A DNA stretch of 64,000 bases, from NCBI GenBank assembly GCA_021737045.1, contig JAIPES010000002.1:4641-68640 (forward strand). The letters run 5' to 3'. This stretch comes from Desulfobacteraceae bacterium. GTDB taxonomy: Bacteria > Desulfobacterota > Desulfobacteria > Desulfobacterales > Desulfosalsimonadaceae. The first letter of the stretch is position 1, and each line of letters opens with the position of its first letter. The notes beneath the pieces are model-generated. The model had not been told where the DNA came from, made no database searches, and saw only the letters and a list, made by a program, of their open reading frames with translations. Made by a program: the position numbers and the translations under genes. Below are positions 1 to 9,586 of the stretch, in pieces.

Positions 1-708
1 GCAGACCGGCTCAAAACCGCTGCAAAAGGCGCGGATGCGGTATTTTTGTGCAACCCCAACAATCCCACGGGCGGATACACGCACACCGATCTTTTGACAG
101 ATCTGGCCCGGGACCTGCCGGAAACCCTTTTTGTCATGGACGAATCCTACCTGCCCTTTGTGTCCGGCCTTGGGGAAAAAAGCCTGGCCCGCGCGGACCT
201 GCCCAATGTGGTGGTGCTCCGGTCGCTTTCCAAGATGTACTGCATCCCGGGCCTGCGGGTGGGATTTTGCGCCGCACCCAAAAGCCTTGCCCAAACAATC
301 CGAAACCACTGCCCGCCCTGGAGTGTTAATGCCCAGGCCCAGCAGGCGGTGATCTTTATTGCCCAAAATCAGCACACGGCCGGAAAACATGAAGAAAAAA
401 CCCGGCAGTATCTCAAAGACCAGCGCGCCGTAATCCACCGGCGCCTTGCCGGCGTGCCCGGCCTTCGGATCCATGATTCGTATGCAACGTTTATTCTCCT
501 GCAGGCCAGAGATTTCACGGCAGCCGATATGGCCGGCCGCATGCTCGAACACCGCCTCCTGATCCGGAACTGCGAAAATTTCAAGGGACTTGACAGCCGT
601 TTTTTCCGGATATCCATCCAGGACCCGGACACAAATATTAAAGCAGCAGACCTGATTGCCGGTTATGCCCAAGAGCGCGCGCAGACGGCCGGCCCGGAGA
701 ACACCTGA
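1..708 (+). CDS. Threonine-phosphate decarboxylase (cobalamin pathway, class I/II PLP enzyme), 5'-truncated by the window edge
   Basis: Frame is open from position 1. Motifs CNPNNPTG, DESY and SLSKMYCIPGLRVG (PLP lysine). Directly upstream of cbiB with a TGATG stop/start overlap. Confidence 0.85.
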   Translation, partial: ADRLKTAAKGADAVFLCNPNNPTGGYTHTDLLTDLARDLPETLFVMDESYLPFVSGLGEKSLARADLPNVVVLRSLSKMYCIPGLRVGFCAAPKSLAQTIRNHCPPWSVNAQAQQAVIFIAQNQHTAGKHEEKTRQYLKDQRAVIHRRLAGVPGLRIHDSYATFILLQARDFTAADMAGRMLEHRLLIRNCENFKGLDSRFFRISIQDPDTNIKAADLIAGYAQERAQTAGPENT

Positions 709-1661
709 TGGCCGGGCTTTCTGCCGCCTGGATTATCGCCGCCGCCCTGGCCCTGGATCTGCTCCTGGGCGATCCGGCCCGTCTGCCGCACCCGGTTCGC
801 CTGATGGGCGCGGCCGCCGCCCGGCTGGAAAAACCTTTCCGAACCCTTTTGTCCAATGAATTCACAGCCGGACTGGCCTTTGCCGCAGTCCTGGTATCAG
901 TCACTTATGTCATCACCCTTGCCGGGGTGGTGCTTGCCCATCTGGCGCATCCCACGGCAGGAACGATTTTGGAAATCCTGCTGGTCTATGCCTGCATCTG
1001 CCCGCGGTGCCTGTATGACGAGGCCGGAAAGGTGCACCAGGCCCTTGCTGCCGGCCGCCTTGATCAGGCCCGGGCCCTGATTGCCATGCTGGTAAGCCGG
1101 GATACGGCAAACATGGATGAATCTGCAATCAGCCGGGCAGCCATTGAAACAGTGGCTGAAAATTTTGTTGACGGCGTGCTCACCCCCCTGTTTTTTGCCG
1201 CCATTCTGGGCGCGCCCGGAGCCATGGCTTTTAAAATGATCTCCACCTTAGACTCCATGGTGGGATATCGCACGGAAAAATATGAACAATTCGGAAAACC
1301 TGCGGCCCGGCTTGATGACGCGGCCAACTGGATTCCGGCAAGGCTTTGTGTGCCCGTCATCTCCCTGGCAGCCGCCCTGGTTTGCAAAACCGGCCGCAGG
1401 GCCTTTAAAACCGCCATCACCGAGGGCGGCAATCACAAAAGCCCCAATGCCGGACGCCCGGAGGCCGCATTTGCCGGCGCTCTTGGCGTGCGCCTGATCG
1501 GCCCGGGCATCTACCACGGCCGCCTTGTGGAAAAACCCTGGATCGGAACCGGTTTTTCCCTGCCCGGCCCGGACCACATACCCGCGGCCTGCCGCCTGAT
1601 GATGGCCGCCACCCTGATTGCCGCAGCGCTCATGATCGGCTTTCGGCTGATAATCGGATAG
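708..1661 (+). CDS. cbiB: Adenosylcobinamide-phosphate synthase CbiB
   Basis: Motifs LGDP..HPV, VSRDT, ETVAEN, LDSMVGY, ARLDDAANWIPARL and SPNAGRPEAAFAGALG; hydrophobic protein. Confidence 0.92.
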   Translation: MAGLSAAWIIAAALALDLLLGDPARLPHPVRLMGAAAARLEKPFRTLLSNEFTAGLAFAAVLVSVTYVITLAGVVLAHLAHPTAGTILEILLVYACICPRCLYDEAGKVHQALAAGRLDQARALIAMLVSRDTANMDESAISRAAIETVAENFVDGVLTPLFFAAILGAPGAMAFKMISTLDSMVGYRTEKYEQFGKPAARLDDAANWIPARLCVPVISLAAALVCKTGRRAFKTAITEGGNHKSPNAGRPEAAFAGALGVRLIGPGIYHGRLVEKPWIGTGFSLPGPDHIPAACRLMMAATLIAAALMIGFRLIIG

Positions 1662-1745
1662 TCTTGCTTATGGCCCGGTAGCTGGCGGGGCCCTTGCCGG
1701 GCGCGCACCCGGGCCGGGATATCTGCGTTGCATTCCGGTCAATGA

Positions 1746-1760
1746 TGATAATTATTATAG
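1746..1760. promoter_or_regulatory. Possible Fur-family 7-1-7 box
   Basis: TGATAATTATTATAG versus consensus TGATAATnATTATCA, about 40 bp upstream of the small Cys-rich gene. Confidence 0.3.
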
Positions 1761-1801
1761 AAGCGAAAACACTGAACTGCATTCAACAAGGAAAACAAGA
1801 C

Positions 1802-1987
1802 ATGGAATATTTGATTATCATCTTTCTGCTGGCAGCTGCGCTGGGATTTTTCATTTTCAGGAAAAACAAGCCCGCAGATCCCGCCGGCCCCCCGGCCGTT
1901 GAGGCCACATATATCTGTGATCAGTGCGGGGAGCATGAATGCATCTGCCGCAAAGATGAAAACGAACAGGACAAGGCATCAAAATAA
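1802..1987 (+). CDS. Small membrane-anchored Cys-rich protein (61 aa)
   Basis: AAGGA upstream of ATG 1802. N-terminal TM segment followed by CDQCGEHECIC. Confidence 0.65.
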   Translation: MEYLIIIFLLAAALGFFIFRKNKPADPAGPPAVEATYICDQCGEHECICRKDENEQDKASK

Positions 1988-1999
1988 GGAGGTCCCGTC

Positions 2000-2914
2000 A
2001 TGAGCGATAACGCCAAAGCCGCTGTGCTGGCCGCGTTTGCCGCAGACAGCCTGGCCCTGGGCGCCCACTGGATCTATGATCCGGAAAAAATCCAGACAGA
2101 TTTCGGCAGAATCGAATCTCCGGCGGCACCGGGCCCGGATTCCTTTCACAAGACCAGGGGCAAGGGGGATTTCACCCATTACGGGGATCAAATGCTGGTG
2201 CTGCTCCGGTCCATTGCAGAGCAAAAAGAATTTGTGGCAGCTGATTTTTCCGAAAAATGGCGGGCTCTGTTTGACGCCTATGACGGCTATATCGACAATG
2301 CCACCCGCAAGACCCTGGCCAGTTATGAAAAGGGTGCGGGCCCGGAAAATGCGGGGTCATCATCCAATGATCTGGCCGGGGCCGCCCGGATCGCCCCGCT
2401 GATCCGGCTTTATCCCGGGGACCCGGAAAAGCTGGTACAAGCTGCCCGCGCCCAGACGGCCATGACCCATAACAATGAAGCTGTAATTGATGCCGCGGCA
2501 TTTTTTGCCCGGGTGGTCCATGCGGTGCTCCAGGGGTCGGCTCCTGCCGCAGCCATGGAAAACCTGGCAGAGGACGACGAATTTGCCATGTCCCCCATTT
2601 CCATGTATATCGGCCCGGGACTCAAATCCGCAAGCGAGCAGAGTGCTGATGCCATCGCCCGGTTCGGCCCGGCCTGTGAAATCGACCAGGCACTGCCCGG
2701 CACCATTCATCTCATTTCCCGGTATGAAGACAATCTCAAAGAAGCACTGGTCCAGTCGGTGATGGCCGGGGGCGACAGCGCGGCCAGGGGTACCATCGCC
2801 GGGATGATTCTTGGCGCACATCTGGGCATGGAGGCGGTTTCCGGAGAATGGATCGAAAGTGTCAACCGCATCAGCGAAATCCGCAAGCTACTGGATCAAA
2901 TCACAGGCTTATAG
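2000..2914 (+). CDS. ADP-ribosylglycohydrolase family protein
   Basis: Motifs AADSLALG, HYGDQ, AMTHN and GGDSAARG..AG; strong AAGGAGG RBS. Confidence 0.85.
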   Translation: MSDNAKAAVLAAFAADSLALGAHWIYDPEKIQTDFGRIESPAAPGPDSFHKTRGKGDFTHYGDQMLVLLRSIAEQKEFVAADFSEKWRALFDAYDGYIDNATRKTLASYEKGAGPENAGSSSNDLAGAARIAPLIRLYPGDPEKLVQAARAQTAMTHNNEAVIDAAAFFARVVHAVLQGSAPAAAMENLAEDDEFAMSPISMYIGPGLKSASEQSADAIARFGPACEIDQALPGTIHLISRYEDNLKEALVQSVMAGGDSAARGTIAGMILGAHLGMEAVSGEWIESVNRISEIRKLLDQITGL

Positions 2915-3009
2915 GTGTCTTTTTTCAGGGCGTTGAAAATGCATACGGCTGCACCGCCCCAGGTGACGGCAAGTCCGATGATCATCATGGCAATGGATCC
3001 GCTGCTCAT
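2896..3009 (-). CDS. MetS-family small subunit of an NSS amino-acid transporter (37 aa)
   Basis: MSSGSIAMMIIGLAVTWGGAAVC matches the MetS pattern. AAGGAG RBS; lies directly downstream of the NSS transporter. Confidence 0.75.
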   Translation of the reverse strand: MSSGSIAMMIIGLAVTWGGAAVCIFNALKKDTYKPVI

Positions 3010-3093
3010 TTCCGGCGACTCCTTTCTCCTATGCGATTGCCTGAATTGAGCGATTTGCAAGTTTGCCGCAAATACAAGCAAGCCGATTGAGGA

Positions 3094-4575
3094 TTATTTG
3101 GTTTTCTGCGCCCAGGCGCTTTTCATGGACTGCAGGACAAAGCTCAAAAGCACAATGCCCGCCACCACGCACCAGCCGAACATGACCAGGGCGCTGCCGT
3201 CATAGCCCTCATAATTTTCCCGGATGTCGCCCGCCAGGTTGGCCACTGCCATGTATCCCAGCACAACCGGGGTGATCACCTTAAGGCAGAAGTTCCACCA
3301 GGTGCCAATGGCAAAATCAGACAATGAATTGGCATACTGGCGGACGGTATCAAGCTTAAAAAACCAGGACAGCAAAATCACTTCCACCAGACCGGCAAAC
3401 ACGATTCCAAAATTATTGATGAAATGATCCGTGATATCTAAGATAAACAAACCGCCCCGGGTCATGAAAATCAGGCTCAGCATGAACCCAACCAGGCAAA
3501 ACAGGCTGGTGGTAGGCTTTCTGTCCCAGCCGAACTTGTCGATCAGCGACGAGCAGCAGGCCTCTGAAATCGATATCATGGAACTGAGCCCGGCAAATAC
3601 CAGGGACAAAAAAAACAAAAACCCGAAAAATTCCGGAGCCGGCAACAGATTGACAGCCTCGGGGATGGTCACAAAGGCCATGCCCACCCCCTGGGTGACA
3701 ATCTCATGGAGGGCCACATCCTGTTTGGCCGCCATATGGCCAAGCACCCCAAAGACCATGATCCCGGCCAGCAGGCTGAATCCGCAGTTGATAAACGCAG
3801 TCATCATGGCATTGTTGTTGATATCGGATTTTGCCGGCAAATAGCTGGAGTAGGTAATCATGATGGCAAAGCAGACGCTCAGGGTAAAAAAGATCTGGCC
3901 GTAAGCCGCGGTCCAGACCCGGTAGTCGGCAATGGCGCTGAAATCGGGCCGAAACAACCAGTCAATACCCTGGGCCGCCCCTTCCAGGGTCACGGCGCGC
4001 ACCAGCATGATCAAAAGCAGCAGAAAAAGAAGGGGCATGAAAATCTTGTTGGCCAGTTCGATGCCCTTTTTCACCCCGCTGAACAAAACAATCCAGGTCA
4101 CCGCCCACATGGCAATGGCAGCGGCAAACACCGGCCATACAATGCCGCCCAGATCCATGGGCCCGTTGCTTAATTGCAAAAACTCCTCAAAGAAAAACTT
4201 TTCCGGACTTGCACCCCAGCCCAGGTCCATGGCGAAAAAAGCGTAATTCAGGGCCCAGGAGATCACCACCACGTAGTAAACACTGATGACAAAGGATACC
4301 AGGGCCTGCCACCAACCCAGCCACTCCCATTTTTCAAAGATGTTAAAAAAGGTCATGGGGGCTGATCCCCGGTATTTGTGCCCCACCCCGAACTCGAGGA
4401 TGATGATGGGAATGCCGGCGGTGAGCAGGGCAAAAAAATAGGGAATCAGAAAAGCTCCCCCGCCGTTGTCATAGGCCATGTAGGGAAACCGCCAGATGTT
4501 TCCCAGGCCGATGGCCGAGCCCACTGCAGCCAGAACAAATCCGCTTCTTGTACCCCATTGCTCGCGTTTCGCCAT
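3094..4575 (-). CDS. Sodium-dependent NSS/SNF-family amino-acid transporter (MetP-like)
   Basis: Motifs REQW..R.GF.LAAVGSAIGLGNIWRFPY and GQIFFTLS; many TM helices. Confidence 0.92.
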   Translation of the reverse strand: MAKREQWGTRSGFVLAAVGSAIGLGNIWRFPYMAYDNGGGAFLIPYFFALLTAGIPIIILEFGVGHKYRGSAPMTFFNIFEKWEWLGWWQALVSFVISVYYVVVISWALNYAFFAMDLGWGASPEKFFFEEFLQLSNGPMDLGGIVWPVFAAAIAMWAVTWIVLFSGVKKGIELANKIFMPLLFLLLLIMLVRAVTLEGAAQGIDWLFRPDFSAIADYRVWTAAYGQIFFTLSVCFAIMITYSSYLPAKSDINNNAMMTAFINCGFSLLAGIMVFGVLGHMAAKQDVALHEIVTQGVGMAFVTIPEAVNLLPAPEFFGFLFFLSLVFAGLSSMISISEACCSSLIDKFGWDRKPTTSLFCLVGFMLSLIFMTRGGLFILDITDHFINNFGIVFAGLVEVILLSWFFKLDTVRQYANSLSDFAIGTWWNFCLKVITPVVLGYMAVANLAGDIRENYEGYDGSALVMFGWCVVAGIVLLSFVLQSMKSAWAQKTK

Positions 4576-4757
4576 GTTATCCAAGCCTCCTGCAAATAAA
4601 TTGGCCCATGCAGCTCAAAAGCGCCGGTAAAGCATGACCCTACCCCATAGTAAAGCACGGATTTGTAGTCAAGGGAAGAATTCCGGGGAGTTACAGCCAC
4701 ACCCCAACGGCCCGGGGCAATCAGCGGACAATACCGCGTTTTTGGCAGAAACGCCGT

Positions 4758-5396
4758 CTATATTTCAATGACCCGGCCGGCCCCGCCGGCAAGGCTTTTG
4801 TGCCCGAGCCTGGAATGGATCTGCTGTTTGTACTGTGTGCAATGGGTGGCACACACCCAATCCAGACAATCAATAACCGGAAAATCACAAAATCCGTGAA
4901 GTCCGCCGATGAGCGCAACAGGGGAACCGATTGGCGCTGCGGCCGCAAGGATAGTTTCCACACCCGGATGCGAGCAGCCCGCAATCACCACCACCTTGTT
5001 GTCTTCTTTGATGCACATGGACTGCTCGATATTTTTCAGCGTGCCCGTGGAATAAATGTTTTCATGAATTTCCATGGGCTGGCTTATGGAAACGGTTTCC
5101 GGGGCCTGGTCCACGCTGGAAATGGTATCCGGCACATAGACCGGTACGGAATTGAGTTCCAGGATGCCCGGCAATCCATCGGTATGGTCCCAGTGATCAT
5201 GGGAAATGAAAATCTCCTGGATACAGTCCGGACTTATTCCCAGGCGGTGCATGTTTTCGGTCAGGATCTGTCCGCTTGCGCCGGTGTCAAACAAAATGGT
5301 CCGGCCGCAGGCTTCAATTAAAGCCGCAAAACCCCAGTCCGGGGTCAGTCGTTTTTCAAATGCATCATTGTCGTATAGAATCGTAATCTTCATCAT
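4758..5396 (-). CDS. MBL-fold metallo-hydrolase
   Basis: Motifs ILFDTG, SHDHWDH, GCSHPG, GGLH and THCT. Confidence 0.85.
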   Translation of the reverse strand: MMKITILYDNDAFEKRLTPDWGFAALIEACGRTILFDTGASGQILTENMHRLGISPDCIQEIFISHDHWDHTDGLPGILELNSVPVYVPDTISSVDQAPETVSISQPMEIHENIYSTGTLKNIEQSMCIKEDNKVVVIAGCSHPGVETILAAAAPIGSPVALIGGLHGFCDFPVIDCLDWVCATHCTQYKQQIHSRLGHKSLAGGAGRVIEI

Positions 5397-5410
5397 CAGC
5401 CTCCTGGTTT

Positions 5411-5641
5411 TTACACGCCTGCACCCGGGAAATTGTTGATGTCCTGCACATAGCCTTCAAAATCATTTTGGGCAAGAAAACGGGAAATCATCTCCCCGAC
5501 CATGGCGGCTGTGTCCACGCGGTATTTTCCGGAGGCATCAGTGCCGGTTATCTGTTTTGCGTTTTCCACAATGGCGGTAAGCGCAGAGGCCGGTATATTC
5601 ACATTCACGTGGACTTCAAGCCAGTCTTTTGAATCTGCCAT
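5411..5641 (-). CDS. Hypothetical protein (76 aa) in the hdr operon
   Basis: AAAGGGGG upstream of ATG 5641; tightly packed between hdrA and the MBL gene. Confidence 0.7.
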   Translation of the reverse strand: MADSKDWLEVHVNVNIPASALTAIVENAKQITGTDASGKYRVDTAAMVGEMISRFLAQNDFEGYVQDINNFPGAGV

Positions 5642-5663
5642 TTTTCCCCCTTTCCGGATACGA

Positions 5664-8600
5664 TCAGTTGGCCATGGAGGCATCGATCATGGACATGATC
5701 TGGCTGTTTCCAAACCCTTTCAGCTCTATGGCCCCTGAGCGGCATGAAGCCACGCACAATCCGCACCCCTTGCACAGGGCGGACTGAATTTCCGCCTTAT
5801 TGGTTTTTTCGCTGATCCGGGGGGCGGAATACGGGCACACGGATACACATACCCCGCAGCTGGCGCACAAGGACGGGGTCACCTGGGCCACGGTGCCGCT
5901 GACCGAAATGTTTTTGGCCGAAAGCAGGGTCACGGCCCTGGCCGCTGCTGCCTGGGCCTGGGCAATGGATTCATCCAGGGGTTTTGGCCCGTGGGCCAGG
6001 CCGCACAAAAACACCCCGTCGGTTGCAAAATCCACCGGCCTGAGCTTTAAGTGCGCTTCCACGTAAAACCCGTCATCGTTCTGGGTGACCTTGAAAAACC
6101 GGGCCAGGGGATCGTTTTTCTCGCGCACCACAGCTGATGCCAGAACCAGGAGATCCGGATTAAGCGACATGCTCCGCCGCAGGACAAAGTCCTTGAAACG
6201 GATCTTCAGGGCATTGTCTTCGGACTCCACTTCCAGCCCGTTATCAAAATCATACCGGACAAACTTAATGCCGCCGGCCCTGGCCTCCCGGTAGAGGTCC
6301 TCTCTTAGGCCGTAGGGCCGCATATCCCTGTAAAGAACAAACACGTCCATTTCAGGTTTGCGTTTCTTGAGCTCAAGGGCGCTTTTTATGGACTGGGTAC
6401 AGCAAAGCTTGGAACAATAAGGCCTTTCGGCAATCCTGGAACCCACGCACTGGATAAATACGGCACAATCGGCCCGGCTTATGGACGGATCATTGTCCAC
6501 CAGCCGTTTTTGAAGTTCCTGACCGGTGACCACGCGCTCGTCTTTTCCGTAGCGGTACTGATCCACAGGCTTGTATTCAGACGCGCCCGAGGCAATCACC
6601 GCCACGCCGTGCTCAAGTGTGCTTTCCTGGCCCTGGCTTTCAATGGTGGTTTTAAAATCACCCACAAACCCGTCCACATTTTTGATAGTGGAATTCAAAT
6701 GCACGGCAATATTGACATTGCTTTCAATCCGCCCGGCCAGGCCGGCAACAAATTCCTGCACATCCTCTCCCCGCCAGGTTTCGGGCAGATTCCGGGCATT
6801 TCCGCCCAAAACCGCGTCGCGCTCCACGAGGTCGACCCCATAGCCCTGCAGGGCCATATTTTCAGCTGCTGTCATTCCGGCCACGCCGCCGCCGATAACC
6901 ATGGCCCGCTGATTAATCTCCAAAACCGGCTCATTTAAAGGCTCGATTCTGGCGGCCTTTGCCACGGACATGCTTACAAGGTCCATAGCCTTTTGCGTGG
7001 CGGCCTCGGGATTGTTTTTGTGCACCCAGGAATCCTGATTCCGGATGTTGACCATTTCAAACAGGTACTTGTTGATCCCGGCGTTCTGAAGTGTTTCCTG
7101 GAAAAGCGGTTCATGGGTCTTGGGCGTGCAGGCAGCCACCACAATGCGGTTGAGGCCTTTGTCCTGAATGACCTGAGCCATCTTGTCCTGGGAATCCTGG
7201 GAACAGCTAAACATGTTCTGCTCGGCATAAACAACCCCGGGCAGGGTTTTGGCATATTCCACCACATTGGTCACATCCACCACGCCCGCGATATTGGTTC
7301 CGCAGCAGCAGACAAAAACACCGATGCGCGGGGGATCTCCGATAACATTTTTCTCCTTTGGCATTTCCTTGGCCCGGGTCCGGGTCCACCTGGCATCTGA
7401 AAGCCTGGAGCCAACCACGCCGGCGGCCGCACTGGAATCAATCACCGAGGAGGGAATATCCTTGGGCCCCTGGAAGGCACCGCAGACATAGATGCCGGCA
7501 ACAGAGCTGGAAACCGGGGCAAAGCTGGAAGAAGCCGCAAAGTTGTATTGGTTGAGTTCAATGCCCAGTTTTCTGCCCAGTTCCGCGCCCCGGGCCGTGG
7601 CGCCCAGGCCCACGGACAGCACCACCATGTCGAACTCTTCCTCGCACCTTTTTCCGGATTCATCAATGTAGCGGATCAGGTGCTTTCCGGTGCCGTCCAC
7701 AGGAGGGGCGCCGGTGACCTTGCTTTTGACAAACCGCACGCCCATCTCGTCTTTTGCCCGGTTGTAATACTTTTCAAAATCCTTGCCGTTTGTGCGGATA
7801 TCAATATAGAAAATGGCCGTGTCCAGGTTGTGCTTGCAGTGCTCCTTTGCCAGCATGGCCTCCTTGACCGCGTATGTACAGCAGACCGCCGAGCAATACC
7901 CCCTGGCGCCCATGTGCTCATCCCTGGAGCCGATACACTGAAGCCAGGCGATTTTTTCCGGTTCCTGCTTATCAGAGGGCCGGACCAGGTGGCCGCCGTA
8001 AGGCCCGGAAGCCGACAGGATCCTTTCAAACTCCAGGCTGGTGACAATATTGGGATACTTTTTATATCCGAATGTGTCGTGAACAGCGGGATCAAAGGTT
8101 TCGCTGCCCTGGGACAGCACCACGGCGCCCACATTCAGGGAGATCTCCTTTTTGGTATCCTCGTAGTTGATGGCGCCCGTTGGACATTTTTTCTCACAAA
8201 TCCCGCATTTGCCCTTGTTGAGTTTAATGCAGTGCTCCGGATCAATGGCATACTTCAGGGGCACGGCCTGGGCGTACTGCACGTAAATGGCCTTGCGGTT
8301 GGCCAGGCTGCCGTCATATTCATTGGGGACCTTTTTGGGACATTTTTCCGCACAAAGCCCGCATGCAATACACTTGTCCACATCCACGTACCGGGGATGG
8401 CTGGTGATGCTGACCTCAAAATCGCCTTCCTCGCCGGAGATGCTGTTGACTTCTGAAAGGGTGAGCAATTCTATGTTGATGTGCCGGCCGACCTCGACCA
8501 GTTTGGGCGAGATAATTCACATGGCACAATCATTGGTCGGAAATGTTTTGTCCAGCTGGGACATCATCCCGCCGATGGAACTGGATCTTTCCACCAGGTA

Positions 8601-8696
8601 GACATAGTAGCCGGAATCGGCGAGATCCAGCGATGCCTGCATTCCGGTGATACCTCCTCCCACAACCAGCACAGCGCCATTGTTTTCACGCGGCAT
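5664..8696 (-). CDS. hdrA: Heterodisulfide reductase subunit A-like flavoprotein (tandem HdrA, about 1010 aa), selenocysteine at codon 60
   Basis: ATG 8696 reads [18 protein letters not shown]...[27 protein letters not shown], in frame with the 934-aa ORF. Two FAD GGG motifs, two C.GSR...YCS..CC motifs, ferredoxin domains. Confidence 0.92.
8484..8501 (-). promoter_or_regulatory. Bacterial SECIS hairpin for the hdrA UGA codon
   Basis: CUGGUCG-AGGU-CGGCCGG 7-bp stem; the G-containing apical loop starts 22 nt after the UGA at 8519-8517. Confidence 0.75.
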
Positions 8697-8699
8697 TAT

Positions 8700-9584
8700 C
8701 TACTCCTTGTCCTTGCTTAAATAGGATTCTATTTTGCTTATATCGAGCTTGTTGGCCCCAAGACCCAGGGTTTGGGAATCAATGTTCATTGAAAGCCCCA
8801 GCAGCTGAGGAAAAAGAATGGAGGGCAGGGGCTTTTGGCCGGCATTGTCCTCAACAAGCATCTGCTGCACGGTATCAAACTGAATCTGACAGTACGGGCA
8901 GGATGTACAGAAAAAATCAGCCTCTGCCTTTATTGCGGCTTCCCGCTTTCTTGAAAACAGGTCTGCTGACAGCGCATCATTGGTCCCGATCAGGGGAGCT
9001 CCGCAGCATTCCAGCTTGTTTGTCCAGTCAACGCTTTTTGCCCCGGTTGCGGCCACCAATTCATCAAACAGGGACGGGGCCACCGGGTCATCAAACTGCG
9101 TGACAGTGCTGGGCCGCAGGGCATGGCACCCATACTGCACGGCAATGTTTAATTCTTTATAGGTTTTGTGCAGCTGCTTTTTTATCGCAGCAATGCCCGT
9201 GTCATGATACAGCACGGACAAATAATGGCGGATCCGGGTTTTTCCCTGGTAATCCAGGCCCATTTCCCGGATTTTGCCCAGCACTTCATCCTGCAGGGGG
9301 CCCTTTTCAGCCATGATATGCTCGGCATTTTTCAGCGCCCCGAAACAGCAGTTGCACAACACCAGCATATCCAGCCCCTGGTTTTCGGAAAGGGCCAGAT
9401 TTTTGACTGAAGAAAGAAGAAACGCCTTTTTGTCCACATTGCGCATGGGATAGCCGCAGCAGTTAAACTGCCTGATATCTGCCAGTTCCACTCCGAATTT
9501 TTTTAAAACAGCCCTGGCGGCTGTTTCATACTGGGGCACCCGTGAAGGAATCTGACAGCCGATAAAAAAACTGTAGCGCATCAT
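8700..9584 (-). CDS. hdrB: Heterodisulfide reductase subunit B (two CCG domains)
   Basis: Motifs FFIGCQIP, NCCG...LCNCC, YGCHALRP and ECCG...SCPYC. Confidence 0.9.
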   Translation of the reverse strand: MMRYSFFIGCQIPSRVPQYETAARAVLKKFGVELADIRQFNCCGYPMRNVDKKAFLLSSVKNLALSENQGLDMLVLCNCCFGALKNAEHIMAEKGPLQDEVLGKIREMGLDYQGKTRIRHYLSVLYHDTGIAAIKKQLHKTYKELNIAVQYGCHALRPSTVTQFDDPVAPSLFDELVAATGAKSVDWTNKLECCGAPLIGTNDALSADLFSRKREAAIKAEADFFCTSCPYCQIQFDTVQQMLVEDNAGQKPLPSILFPQLLGLSMNIDSQTLGLGANKLDISKIESYLSKDKE

Positions 9585-9586
9585 AA

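Noticed and set aside
4585-4757. SAM or other riboswitch upstream of the methionine-type NSS transporter
   Set aside because: No SAM-I, T-box or other recognisable aptamer motif is visible.
8517-8519. hdrA as a pseudogene with a premature stop
   Set aside because: The TGA falls on a conserved Cys position and is followed by a SECIS-like hairpin; both flanks are intact.
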